A stretch of DNA of 64,000 bases from Candidatus Dojkabacteria bacterium (GTDB lineage: Bacteria > Patescibacteriota > Dojkabacteria > GCA-002793355), in the NCBI GenBank assembly GCA_030583685.1, contig CP129470.1:148345-212344 (forward strand), read 5' to 3'. The notes under the pieces were generated by a model, which worked only from the letters and a program-made list of their open reading frames with translations, did not search any database and was not told the DNA's origin. The stretch's first letter is position 1; the number at the start of each line of letters is the position of its first letter. This document shows, one piece after another, positions 28,958 through 38,398 of the stretch. The translations under genes were made by a program, and so were the position numbers.

Positions 28958-29773
28958 ATGCAACAACAGATTGAGGGACAGACAATAGCACGAAGGATCG
29001 AAGCAGCGATTCGTCAAGAAAGAGAAACACTCCTTCAATCACCCATTCTCGATATTATTCAAATTGGCAACGACCCAATCTCGGAAAAGTATGTTTCCCT
29101 CAAACAAAGAAAAGGTGCAATTCTCGGCATTTCTGTTCGCTATCATCGTTTGCAATCGCAAAAAAACACCTTTTCTCAAGCCAGAACACTCATAAAAGAA
29201 ATTCAAAACGACACAAATGGCATACTCTTTCAACTACCAATCGAGCCAAAGGCTGATACGGAACGGTATTTACGTCTTATTCCTCGTCGACTTGACGTTG
29301 ATGGGCTATTGTTAGAGGAATCGCCCTTCCCAACAGCGGTGGCAGCAGCGGTGCTGACAATTATAAAAGAACTTCCTATACAGCGTGAGACACGAATTCT
29401 TGTACTTGGAGAGTCACCCTATGTTGGCAAGAGCATTTTTCGTGAACTCAAGAAACATGGTTTCACGAATATTGAGAGTATTAACGAATTTTCAGAGAAT
29501 CCTCAAGAAAAAATTAAAAACGCAGCGGTTCTGATAAGTTGTGTCGGCATTCCCGGAATATTTTCTGAACAAGACGTGACACAGGGGGCAATGCTTATCG
29601 ATGTGGGAACAAGCCTAACAAAAGAGGGAAAAGTAGTGGGAGATTTTCGACTCACGCCTGAAGCACCTCGTTTCGCTTTCTATACTCCCGTACCTGGCGG
29701 CGTCGGACCGATCACGGTTGCCTGTTTATTACAACAAGTCACACGTCGTGCAAAACAAATGTCTCACAGCTAG
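28958..29773 (+). CDS. folD: bifunctional methylenetetrahydrofolate dehydrogenase/cyclohydrolase FolD
   Basis: Blocks IQIGNDPISEKYVSLKQRKG, LFQLPIEP, DVDGL and TPVPGGVGPITVACLLQQ. Confidence 0.85.
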   Translation: MQQQIEGQTIARRIEAAIRQERETLLQSPILDIIQIGNDPISEKYVSLKQRKGAILGISVRYHRLQSQKNTFSQARTLIKEIQNDTNGILFQLPIEPKADTERYLRLIPRRLDVDGLLLEESPFPTAVAAAVLTIIKELPIQRETRILVLGESPYVGKSIFRELKKHGFTNIESINEFSENPQEKIKNAAVLISCVGIPGIFSEQDVTQGAMLIDVGTSLTKEGKVVGDFRLTPEAPRFAFYTPVPGGVGPITVACLLQQVTRRAKQMSHS

Positions 29774-29776
29774 TTA

Positions 29777-30544
29777 TTAAGAAAGAATCGTTCCCCGAGT
29801 AGTACCATTCTCGGTAAGAATTTCATGAACCGCTCGTATGTCTCTTCCATCTATGACTATGAAAGAGTAGCCCATTTTTTCCGCTAACTTTGCCGCAACT
29901 GCATCGACGGGAAAGCTTGCACCTGGCTTATGAGAACTCGTGCCAATCATCATTCGATACTCTTGCCAGGTCATTTTTTTCTTCTTTCTGGCAGTTGCGA
30001 CTTTCCGAGGGTCTGCGGTATAAATTCCGTCAATATTTTTAAAACTCAAGACCTGCTTTGTTTGAAGCAATGAGGCAAACAGTAAGGCATCAACATCATG
30101 ACTATGCCCAGGTTTCCATCCGGCAGCAACAATTATTTGGTATTTTTCGAAATCCTTGTGCATTTCCTGAAGATGCGCATACTGTTCATATTTCACAACG
30201 TTAGGATAAACCACTTCGTAGCCAAGTACTTCACCCGCAAGGATGCGAAAAAGGGTGGCGTTAATGTCTGACGCTGCCATCCCCAATACATGAAAATCAT
30301 TTTGAGTTTCAGGTTTTTCAAACTTTGCCTCCTTAAATTGTTGCAAATACCATCGATTTAAAAAACCTCCACCCACAACGATAACAGCACGCGCGTTTGT
30401 TTTCTTAACTTCTTCTAATAATTCTCTCGCATAAACAGTGTCAAAAGGTAATTGCCCCAGTTGTAAGGAACGCGATGCAGTTTCGTACGGAGATAGGAGT
30501 GAACCTCCCAGTTTAATCACTTTCCAGTTGAGCATTACTCTCAT
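29777..30544 (-). CDS. amino-acid-kinase family protein, UMP kinase (PyrH)-like
   Basis: Blocks KLGGSLL, VVGGGFLNRW and DGIYTADPRK...MTWQEY resemble PyrH. Isopentenyl-phosphate kinase of the same fold cannot be excluded. Confidence 0.55.
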   Translation of the reverse strand: MRVMLNWKVIKLGGSLLSPYETASRSLQLGQLPFDTVYARELLEEVKKTNARAVIVVGGGFLNRWYLQQFKEAKFEKPETQNDFHVLGMAASDINATLFRILAGEVLGYEVVYPNVVKYEQYAHLQEMHKDFEKYQIIVAAGWKPGHSHDVDALLFASLLQTKQVLSFKNIDGIYTADPRKVATARKKKKMTWQEYRMMIGTSSHKPGASFPVDAVAAKLAEKMGYSFIVIDGRDIRAVHEILTENGTTRGTILS

Positions 30545-31268
30545 TGTGCCGTTTTTTTATGACAATGACAAGTGTCGATTCTCCTTTATCCAACTTAAAG
30601 TCATGTGATTCTCGAGATAAAAGCTCATTTGGTGAGGCGAAATGATATTGTTCATACAACTTCGTCATCTCTTTTCCAAGGCCAACAACTAAATCGAGTT
30701 GCTGTTCAGAAAGCTCTTGCGCCAGAGTGGACAAGTAACCGAGCGTTTTTTTCAATCGAAAGGGAGATTCAAAGTAGACGAGTGCCATTTTTTCCTTGAC
30801 GAGTAAGGGAAGATTATCTGTAATCATTCGTCTGAACTCTCCTTCTTTTCTCGGAGCGAATCCCCAAAATAAGAATTTTGTTCCAGCCAAAGGAAATGCA
30901 CTCACGGCGGTCGTGACTGCAGAAGCACCAGGAATAGGAATTACAGGGATGTTTTTTTGATAGGCAAGTTGTAACAATTTCGCACCTGGATCGGAGACAC
31001 CAGGAGTACCTGCTTCAGATAGTAAACCAACCGTTTGGTGTCGAAGTAAAATATCATCGAGAATAATCTTTGCCATACTCACATGATTGCTTTCGCGATA
31101 CCAGCGGAGTGGCCGTTTTATTCCATAGGCAGCTAAGAGCTTTCCTGATGTTGAAGGATTTTCCGAAACGATGTATTCGCACTCCTGAAATATCTCAACA
31201 GCGCGATGTGTTAAATCCTTAAGATTGCCAATCGGTGTGCCAATAACATACAGCTTACCCTGTGTCAT
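30513..31268 (-). CDS. rsmI: 16S rRNA (cytidine1402-2'-O)-methyltransferase RsmI
   Basis: Blocks LYVIGTPIGNLKDLTHRAVEI, SENPSTSGKLLAAYGI and SEAGTPGVSDPG. Confidence 0.85.
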   Translation of the reverse strand: MTQGKLYVIGTPIGNLKDLTHRAVEIFQECEYIVSENPSTSGKLLAAYGIKRPLRWYRESNHVSMAKIILDDILLRHQTVGLLSEAGTPGVSDPGAKLLQLAYQKNIPVIPIPGASAVTTAVSAFPLAGTKFLFWGFAPRKEGEFRRMITDNLPLLVKEKMALVYFESPFRLKKTLGYLSTLAQELSEQQLDLVVGLGKEMTKLYEQYHFASPNELLSRESHDFKLDKGESTLVIVIKKRHNESNAQLESD

Positions 31269-31288
31269 ACATGAATTGTAGCACTTTT

Positions 31289-31780
31289 TCAGCTCTTTTT
31301 GATAATTGTCGCGATATAGTGATCACACAACTGCTCAAATTTGTTATCAATATCCTCTTGTTTGTACAGGATAACTGGTTCAGTAAAACGGCTAGCAATA
31401 TTTTGCTTTTCGTCTACAGAAATTCCTTCACTTGCCCACGGAATTGCTGCAAGATATTTTTCGGCAGAGACGTAGTAGTATACTGCCGTAATACTTGCCC
31501 AATATGCAGCAGAAAGTGTCATAAGACTTGGTTCAAACACAGAGACTAAGGTACAACCTCTGAGTGAAACAGACTTCCTTATTTCGCACCCTCGATCAAT
31601 TACACGAAGGTCAGCATGAGACAGCGCATTGTTTTCAGACGCAACACGACTTGCTTCGTACACTAAGGGAAGTCCTTGCTCATCAAGTAATACTGCCGCA
31701 GTAGCTAAGTTCCTTTCTAGAACAGCACCTGCTGCAAGTCGATATAATTCATCTCGTATTTCGTTCGTGAGTGTACTCAT
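31289..31780 (-). CDS. cytidine/deoxycytidylate deaminase-fold protein with all catalytic/zinc residues substituted (likely inactive)
   Basis: The fold is recognisable: AAVLLDEQGLPLVYEASRV (beta1); SHADLRVI in place of HAE; LRGCTLVSVFEPSLMTLSAAYWASI in place of TLY.TLEPCxMCa.AI. So the proton-shuttle E becomes D, and the PCxxC motif becomes PSLMT. Confidence 0.55.
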   Translation of the reverse strand: MSTLTNEIRDELYRLAAGAVLERNLATAAVLLDEQGLPLVYEASRVASENNALSHADLRVIDRGCEIRKSVSLRGCTLVSVFEPSLMTLSAAYWASITAVYYYVSAEKYLAAIPWASEGISVDEKQNIASRFTEPVILYKQEDIDNKFEQLCDHYIATIIKKS

Positions 31781-31851
31781 GTCAGATACTTAATAATTTA
31801 CTATCACTATTGTCGCAAGTAATAAACAATATTCAAGTGAAAAAGTTTCAC

Positions 31852-32523
31852 TTACAGTTCGTCAAAATACTCACGCGTGACATATGTCAATTGTTGAGGG
31901 AGCACTAGTAAATCAGTAGTATTAGAATATCCTGGGGTTACGGTTCGTAACTCTTCTGGAGTCAGCAAGGAAAGGGTTCCCTCGTCTATATGCAACTGCG
32001 TTGGTGCAGCATGCAATTTCCCAGAAATAACAAACATTATCGAATGCTGTATGACTTCTTTCGTTTCTAAATTCCGATAAAGGACATCAAGAATCAGTGA
32101 AAGGGCAAGGGGAGAGGTTAATAAACCAATGCTTCTTACATACTGTTGTGCATGTTCCAACAAAGGAGTTTCCTTACTCATTCCTAAAGAAAGAACACCT
32201 GTGTAGCCAAGAAACGGAACTTGTGTCCTCGTAACTGCCAAAATCTTCCCTTCATACTCCAATCGAAGGAGCAGGTAGGTGTTATTCGCAGCATCAGCCA
32301 GACCTCCTGTTGCTTTATAGGAAGACCATGCGTGTTTTCCAAATTGCGTGAGTTGATATTCTCCGGTTGATACTTTTTCAATAATTTGTTGCGAAACCAG
32401 TTTTTGTAGGTGATACACAAACAATTTGGGATCAATATGCTCCGGTTTCAAGGCATTAAAAGATGCTTTCCCAAGGACTTCGAACTTCCGTAAAATTGCT
32501 TCTTGAACGGTGTGAAGCAACAT
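31852..32523 (-). CDS. hypothetical protein with N-terminal winged-helix-like region
   Basis: 223 aa. The N-terminal ~65 aa resemble a wHTH (ILRKFEVLGKASFNALKPE...LQKLVSQQIIEK). The remainder has no recognisable domain. Confidence 0.3.
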   Translation of the reverse strand: MLLHTVQEAILRKFEVLGKASFNALKPEHIDPKLFVYHLQKLVSQQIIEKVSTGEYQLTQFGKHAWSSYKATGGLADAANNTYLLLRLEYEGKILAVTRTQVPFLGYTGVLSLGMSKETPLLEHAQQYVRSIGLLTSPLALSLILDVLYRNLETKEVIQHSIMFVISGKLHAAPTQLHIDEGTLSLLTPEELRTVTPGYSNTTDLLVLPQQLTYVTREYFDEL

Positions 32524-33921
32524 TTAGGTTACATCGATAATTTCAAATATATTCGGGAAATAGTGATCACCACCAAATGGTGTTTTACAGAAGAGGAGTA
32601 CTCGATCGTTTACCTGTATTATTCCTTCCTGTTTCGCTCGGGCAAGAATTTGCTGCACCGCGTTATCTCGAGTTTCACTGGTTGCTTCCTGTACAAAGGC
32701 ACGAACGATTCCTTTACTCAGGAGGAGCGTTCGAGCAAACACTTCTGAACTCACAAATGCATATACTGGCTGAAAGATTCCATGCCGTGTTAAAAGTCGA
32801 GCAGTACGTCCAGTCTGTGACACTACAATTACTTTATCGATATCTTGTGCCATTTCAACGCAAAGCGAGGCTGCCGCTTTCGTTAAAGCATCGGCAGTAA
32901 TTGACGCATCTAGCGCTCGTGAGTGGATAATTTTTGGTTGTAAGGTAGATTCAACTTCAATTGCCGTCTGAGACATAAAGGCTACCGCTTCCGCTGGGTA
33001 TTTCCCTGCAGAGCTTTCGCCAGAAAGCATGATTGCGTCTGTTCCCGTAACGATTGCTGTTGCCACATCATTTGCCTCAGCACGTGTGGGACTAGGATTT
33101 GTCGTCATTGACTCTAACATCTGTGTGGCAGTAATTACTGGCTTTCCTGCATTATTCGCTTTTTCAATCAAAAACCTTTGGACCATAGGTACTTTTCCCA
33201 ACCCAAGCTCAACGCCAAGGCCACCACGTGCGACCATAATACCATCGACGACTTCCAGAATTTCATCAATATTATCGATTCCCGCTTGGTTCTCGATTTT
33301 TGCAATAACTTTCATATCAGACCCAGTAATAAACTCCTTCACTTGCGCGGCTGCTTCTTTATTCTGGATAAATGAAGGCGAGACAAAATCCCACCCTGTA
33401 ACCACCGCATGACGTAAGTTTTCCTTATCTTTCTCGGTTAGAACATCAGTAGTATACACACATCCTGGAAGATTAAGTGCCTTACCGGGTTTCAATACTT
33501 CTCCAAAAACAACCTCACAATTCATCACCCCATTTGAAATTTCTTTTACGACGAGTTCAACATCTCCATCTCCTACGAGGATGACTTGTCCTGGCTTCAC
33601 AAATTGATACAACTGCGGATAATTTGCAGGATAGAGCGGAGCAGCCGGAGAGTTCCCAATCATCAACCTCATTCCTGGTTTTAACGCAATTGGCTCAGGG
33701 AATTTATTCAAACGTACTTCAGGCCCTTTCACATCGAGCATCAGCGAGACATCGGAAGATACCGCACGGACAAGCTGCTTCACTTTATCCATTTCTGCTG
33801 GATCAGCAAACGCACCGTTTACCCGTGCACAATTCATTCCATTTTCGATCATCTGTTTCATCACTGCAGGATCCCACGATGAAGGCCCGATGGTACAGAC
33901 TATTTTTGTTTTTTTGTTCAT
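32524..33921 (-). CDS. pyk: pyruvate kinase
   Basis: Blocks KIVCTIGPSS, MNCARVNGAF, MLDVKGPEVR, MVARGGLGVE and a barrel plus C-terminal domain; 465 aa. Confidence 0.9.
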   Translation of the reverse strand: MNKKTKIVCTIGPSSWDPAVMKQMIENGMNCARVNGAFADPAEMDKVKQLVRAVSSDVSLMLDVKGPEVRLNKFPEPIALKPGMRLMIGNSPAAPLYPANYPQLYQFVKPGQVILVGDGDVELVVKEISNGVMNCEVVFGEVLKPGKALNLPGCVYTTDVLTEKDKENLRHAVVTGWDFVSPSFIQNKEAAAQVKEFITGSDMKVIAKIENQAGIDNIDEILEVVDGIMVARGGLGVELGLGKVPMVQRFLIEKANNAGKPVITATQMLESMTTNPSPTRAEANDVATAIVTGTDAIMLSGESSAGKYPAEAVAFMSQTAIEVESTLQPKIIHSRALDASITADALTKAAASLCVEMAQDIDKVIVVSQTGRTARLLTRHGIFQPVYAFVSSEVFARTLLLSKGIVRAFVQEATSETRDNAVQQILARAKQEGIIQVNDRVLLFCKTPFGGDHYFPNIFEIIDVT

Positions 33922-33947
33922 ACGCTCGCATTATAGTATACTCCACC

Positions 33948-34358
33948 ATGAATAACAAAACTAAAATTCTCGCCGTTGTTGGTGTTATCGCACTTGTCGT
34001 TATTGGCGCAATCATTTATACAATTTCAACGGTAATGCCAACACAAGTTAACACAACCAATGACACACCAAATACCGCAACCACGCGAACAATTGTTGAT
34101 GGTCCCTTCACCGTTACCGCTTTTTATGCAGCTGAGAACGCGTGGCAATACAAAATTTCTGCGCAACTTCCCACGCCCTGTCACGAAGCAGCAGTTGCTG
34201 TTTCTGTTGCAGAGAGCATGCCGGAACAGGTGACCATTCGAATTACTCAATCAAATACCGCAGAGATGTGTGCGCAAGTCATTCAAGAGTTTAGCTACGA
34301 GGGAACGTTTTCTGCGAGTAAAGAAGCGAATATACTGGTAAGAGTAGATAGTGATTAA
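33948..34358 (+). CDS. hypothetical secreted/membrane-anchored small protein
   Basis: 136 aa. MNNKTKILAVVGVIALVVIGAIIYTI serves as a signal/anchor and is followed by a Cys-containing soluble domain. The ORF was trimmed from 33624 because the upstream part overlaps pyk on the other strand. TATAGTATACT lies upstream. Confidence 0.4.
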   Translation: MNNKTKILAVVGVIALVVIGAIIYTISTVMPTQVNTTNDTPNTATTRTIVDGPFTVTAFYAAENAWQYKISAQLPTPCHEAAVAVSVAESMPEQVTIRITQSNTAEMCAQVIQEFSYEGTFSASKEANILVRVDSD

Positions 34359-34487
34359 TTTGTTTCATTGACCAACAGGTTTAAGTGTCCTACTAAGATA
34401 CTTGCCTCAAAAAATTTCATTTCCCCTATAACTGTAAAGCACCCTCAGAAGTCCACCAACACTTCCCATATGTTATAATTCTCAGAC

Positions 34488-36416
34488 ATGGCCAAAACAG
34501 CGATAAAAAAATCAGGATATGATGCAGCGAACATTACCGTTCTCAAGGGTTTAGAAGCAGTTCGACAGCGACCAGCAATGTATGTCGGTTCAACAGATAT
34601 CAACGGTATGAACCACATCTTTTACGAAGTGCTCGACAACGCAATTGACGAAGCACTTGCAGGGTTTGCAACTCACATTACGGTAATTCTTGGAAAAGAT
34701 AACTCGATTACTGTCCAGGATAATGGGCGAGGAATTCCTGTTGATATCCACCCCGAAACAGGAAAAAGTGCTCTAGAAACCGTCATGACCGTTCTACACG
34801 CAGGGGGAAAATTTGACAAAGGCTCATACAAAATTTCTGGAGGATTGCACGGAGTTGGAATGTCTTGTACCAACGCATTGTCAATCAATATGACAACCAA
34901 GGTTTTCAGGAATGGAAAAGTGTATCAACAAGACTACAAACAAGGAATCCCACAAACCGCACTCATCGAAACAAAGGCCACGCATCATGCAGGACGAACG
35001 GGAACCGTGCAACATTTTACCCCTGATCCAGAGATTTTTGGAGACATTCAATACAATCCAAAAACAATTGAGACCAGGATTCACTATCAAGGATTCTTAA
35101 CGTCTGGCATTACCTTTACGTTTGTGAACGAAATGGCTGCAACTCCAGTTACCAAGAGATACTATTTCGACAAAGGTATTCTTTCTTTTGTGCACAACCA
35201 AATGACCGGAACCGCAATCATGAAGACTCCGTTTTATGTGCAAAAAGAAAAAGACGACATCATGGTAGAAGTCGGTTTCATTTATACCGACACAATGAGC
35301 GACAAGATTCGTACCTTTGCAAACAATATTGAAAACTCAGAAGGCGGTACTCATCTTGCAGGATTCAAAGCAGCGTTAACTTCCGCAATTAACAAATACG
35401 GCTTAGGCAATAAATTGCTTGATGACAAAACAAAACTAGAAGGAGAAGATGTTCGGGAAGGATTAACCGCAATTGTCTCCGTCAAGCTTGGGCATCCCCA
35501 GTACGAAGGTCAAACAAAGATCAAATTAAACAACCCTGAGGTTAAAAGTGCTGTTCAAGCGGTCGTTTCGGATGCACTCGCAGAATTTTTCACTGAAAAT
35601 CCACAGGACGCCAAGCAAATTATTTCTCGTGCGGTTCTTTCGTTAAAAGCTCGAAATGCAGCAAAAGCAGCAAGAAACGCAATCCTCAGAAAGAATGCAC
35701 TCACGTTTACTGCATTACCTGGAAAACTTGCCGATTGTTCAACAAAAGACAAGGATAAATCGGAAATCTTCATTGTTGAGGGAGACAGCGCAGGTGGATC
35801 AGCGAAACAGGGTCGAGACAGAGAGTTTCAAGCAATTCTCCCGTTAACAGGTAAACCCATTAATGCAGAAAAGCATCGTGTTGATCGTGTTCTTCAAAAC
35901 GACCGATTGAAAGATTTAGTAACCGCTCTTGGTTGTGGTATTGCGGACCAAATGGATATGTCCCGACTTCGTTATGGCAAAATCATTATCATGACCGATG
36001 CCGACGTTGACGGTTTACACATTACCGCACTGGTCTTGACCTTTTTCTACCGCTTTATGCGTCGTTTAATCGATGATGGACGTGTCTTTATTGCACAACC
36101 ACCACTGTTCAAAGTTGAAGTCGGAAAAGAAAAGTACTGGTTTGTCAGCGAACCAGAAAAGGATACGTTCGTTGCACAACAACTGAAAGCAGGTCACAAA
36201 ATTAAGAGCGTTCAGCGATTTAAAGGTCTTGGAGAAATGAACCCAGAACAATTAAAAGAAACGACTATGGACCCAGAGAAGCGAGTTCTTAAGAAAGTTT
36301 CTATTGCCGATGCAGCCGCAGCAGACCAGTTGTTTGATATGCTTATGGGAAATGAAGTCGCTCCACGAAAGAAATTTATTTTGCAGTACGCAAAGTACGC
36401 AATGTTAGATGTATAA
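34488..36416 (+). CDS. gyrB: DNA gyrase subunit B
   Basis: Full GHKL ATPase, transducer and TOPRIM domains: YDAANITVLKGLEAVRQRPAMYVGST, GLHGVG, EGDSAGG and PLTGKPIN. Confidence 0.95.
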   Translation: MAKTAIKKSGYDAANITVLKGLEAVRQRPAMYVGSTDINGMNHIFYEVLDNAIDEALAGFATHITVILGKDNSITVQDNGRGIPVDIHPETGKSALETVMTVLHAGGKFDKGSYKISGGLHGVGMSCTNALSINMTTKVFRNGKVYQQDYKQGIPQTALIETKATHHAGRTGTVQHFTPDPEIFGDIQYNPKTIETRIHYQGFLTSGITFTFVNEMAATPVTKRYYFDKGILSFVHNQMTGTAIMKTPFYVQKEKDDIMVEVGFIYTDTMSDKIRTFANNIENSEGGTHLAGFKAALTSAINKYGLGNKLLDDKTKLEGEDVREGLTAIVSVKLGHPQYEGQTKIKLNNPEVKSAVQAVVSDALAEFFTENPQDAKQIISRAVLSLKARNAAKAARNAILRKNALTFTALPGKLADCSTKDKDKSEIFIVEGDSAGGSAKQGRDREFQAILPLTGKPINAEKHRVDRVLQNDRLKDLVTALGCGIADQMDMSRLRYGKIIIMTDADVDGLHITALVLTFFYRFMRRLIDDGRVFIAQPPLFKVEVGKEKYWFVSEPEKDTFVAQQLKAGHKIKSVQRFKGLGEMNPEQLKETTMDPEKRVLKKVSIADAAAADQLFDMLMGNEVAPRKKFILQYAKYAMLDV

Positions 36417-36586
36417 GATACATTCTCAGGAAGAGCCCTCCGTCTTTGATGAATTTATGCAGTAAATTGCGTTCCAGCTACCTTTTAACATAAATTCTTT
36501 CATTCCTTTTTCTCTCAATTGCTTCAACTTGCGTTACCTCTCATTCCTCTCTATACTGTTCCATATCTAACCTAGCTGCCCAGCTC

Positions 36587-37846
36587 ATGAAAATTACACA
36601 CATACAAGCCTACGAAATTCTTGCGTCAGGTGGATATCCAACTGTTGAAGTAAAAGTTACCCTTGACACGGGAACTATTGGTATTGCTTCAGTGCCGTAC
36701 GGAGCGTCAGCAGGAACACATGAAGCAACTGTTCTCACAGACAAAGACGAGACCCGCTGGAATGGACAAGGAAATCTTACCGCAGTCAACAATATCCTGA
36801 CAGAAATTACCGCAGCAACTCGCGAAATCGATGCAGACAATCAAATTGCACTCGATTCTGCACTCATTGCACTCGACGGGACACCAAACAAAGCAAGATT
36901 AGGGGGAAATGCAGTTCTTGCTGTTTCGCTCGCAACAGCCCGTGCAGCAGCAAACGCAAAACGCCAACCATTATATCGTTACATGATGGATACATATTCG
37001 CTTCAACCTGACCTGAGCAAGCTTCCGCAACCCATGGTTGTCGTCATTGAAGGAGGAAAACATGCTGACGAATCAACTGATTTTCAAGAGTTTTGTATCA
37101 CCGCAATGGAGCAGAACTCTGTTACAGAAAATGTGAGAAAAGCGTTAGAAACGTACCACCACCTCAAGAAAGTCCTCAAGAACGAAAAACTGTCCATCAA
37201 TGTTGGAAATGAAGGCGCGTTTGCACCAAACGGTATTGCCTCCAACGAAGCACCGATGCAGTATATTGTTGAGGCAATAAAAAATGCAGGATACACGCCA
37301 GGTAAAGACTTAGGCATTTCAATTGATGCTGCTGCAAGTGAATTTTTCACCGGCAACTACGAACTGAAACTGGAAGGAAGACAGTTTACCGGAGAAGAAC
37401 TTATTAATTTCTACGCGGAATGGGTGGACAAATATCCGTTTGTTTCTCTTGAAGACATGTTAGCAGAAGACGACTGGGATTCTTGGGTTGCGCTCAACAA
37501 ACTTTTGAAAGAGAAAGGAATTACTCATATTGGCGACGATTTAACCGTTACCAATATCACTCGACTGCGAAAAGCCATTGAACTTGATGCAATTACGGGA
37601 ATTATTATTAAACCAAATCAAATTGGAACTCTTTCTGAAACAGTTGCGTGTTGCAAAATCGCCAACGAACACGGCATAACAACCGTCACCTCACACCGGG
37701 GTGGGGGAGAGACGAACGACCACTTCATAGCAGATCTTGCTGTCGCGGTTGGAAGCGCATATGTTAAAGTTGGTCCAACACGAGGAGAGCGCGTGAGCAA
37801 ATACAATCGGTTGATGGAAATTGAAAGAGAATTGTTGAAGAGATAA
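36587..37846 (+). CDS. eno: enolase (phosphopyruvate hydratase)
   Basis: Blocks ILASGGYPTVEVKV, SVPYGASAGTHEA, KPNQIGTLSET and SHRGGGETND. Confidence 0.9.
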   Translation: MKITHIQAYEILASGGYPTVEVKVTLDTGTIGIASVPYGASAGTHEATVLTDKDETRWNGQGNLTAVNNILTEITAATREIDADNQIALDSALIALDGTPNKARLGGNAVLAVSLATARAAANAKRQPLYRYMMDTYSLQPDLSKLPQPMVVVIEGGKHADESTDFQEFCITAMEQNSVTENVRKALETYHHLKKVLKNEKLSINVGNEGAFAPNGIASNEAPMQYIVEAIKNAGYTPGKDLGISIDAAASEFFTGNYELKLEGRQFTGEELINFYAEWVDKYPFVSLEDMLAEDDWDSWVALNKLLKEKGITHIGDDLTVTNITRLRKAIELDAITGIIIKPNQIGTLSETVACCKIANEHGITTVTSHRGGGETNDHFIADLAVAVGSAYVKVGPTRGERVSKYNRLMEIERELLKR

Positions 37847-37944
37847 AGCAGAGGTGAAGCTTTAACGCACAGTAACACAAGTGCTGAGATAACCATATTC
37901 GGAACATCTCGTCACTGTGGAAAATTCTTGATTGCGTAAAAAAA

Positions 37945-38016
37945 TCCAGAGGGAAGGACTTGAACCTTCAACCAAGGGTTTTACAGACCCCTGCTCTGCC
38001 ATTGAGCTACCTCTGG
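37945..38016 (-). tRNA. tRNA-Tyr (anticodon GUA), class I (short variable arm) with C1:G72
   Basis: Reverse complement reads CCAGAGG TA GCTC AATGGCA GAGC A GGGGT CTGTAAA ACCCT TGGTT GAAGG TTCAAGT CCTTC CCTCTGG A. It has U8, U33, A37, a TTCAAGT T-loop and discriminator A73. The CCA end is not encoded. Confidence 0.75.
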
Positions 38017-38149
38017 ACTGCCGTATTATAGCGAGAAGGGGAGAGTTTCGCAACTCCGCGAACACAACGTTGTAACATCAATCGCTTAACTTGCTCTAAT
38101 ACGTTGACCCGCTTTACTTTTTTGCCACACTTGCTGTACACTCGAACAT

Positions 38150-38398
38150 ATGATTGTTTCAAAGTTGCGAAAATTTCTTACTCGTTACCTCAAGGCCGTT
38201 CATGCATTAGAAAAGAAGCATCCAACACTCAATGCTTTCCTCATTCTCATTGCCTTTGTTTTTATTTGGAGAGGAATTTGGGGACTTCTCGACACCTACT
38301 TTTTTCCAGACAATCAAACACTCAGTTACGCCTTGAGTGCACTCATTGGATTCGGGTTACTCTTACTTGACGATTTTAAACTCGATGAAGTCAACTAG
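38150..38398 (+). CDS. hypothetical small membrane protein (2 TM)
   Basis: 82-aa ORF with two hydrophobic helices and no recognisable domain. Confidence 0.3.
   Translation: MIVSKLRKFLTRYLKAVHALEKKHPTLNAFLILIAFVFIWRGIWGLLDTYFFPDNQTLSYALSALIGFGLLLLDDFKLDEVN

Noticed and set aside
33624-33947. Upstream extension of the 33948..34358 small protein ORF
   Set aside because: The extension lies antisense inside pyruvate kinase. A canonical ATG with a signal-anchor sequence at 33948 is the plausible start.
37862-38065. 67-aa ORF on the minus strand covering tRNA-Tyr
   Set aside because: It coincides with the tRNA, and its translation is tRNA-derived nonsense (…EGSSPSLW…).
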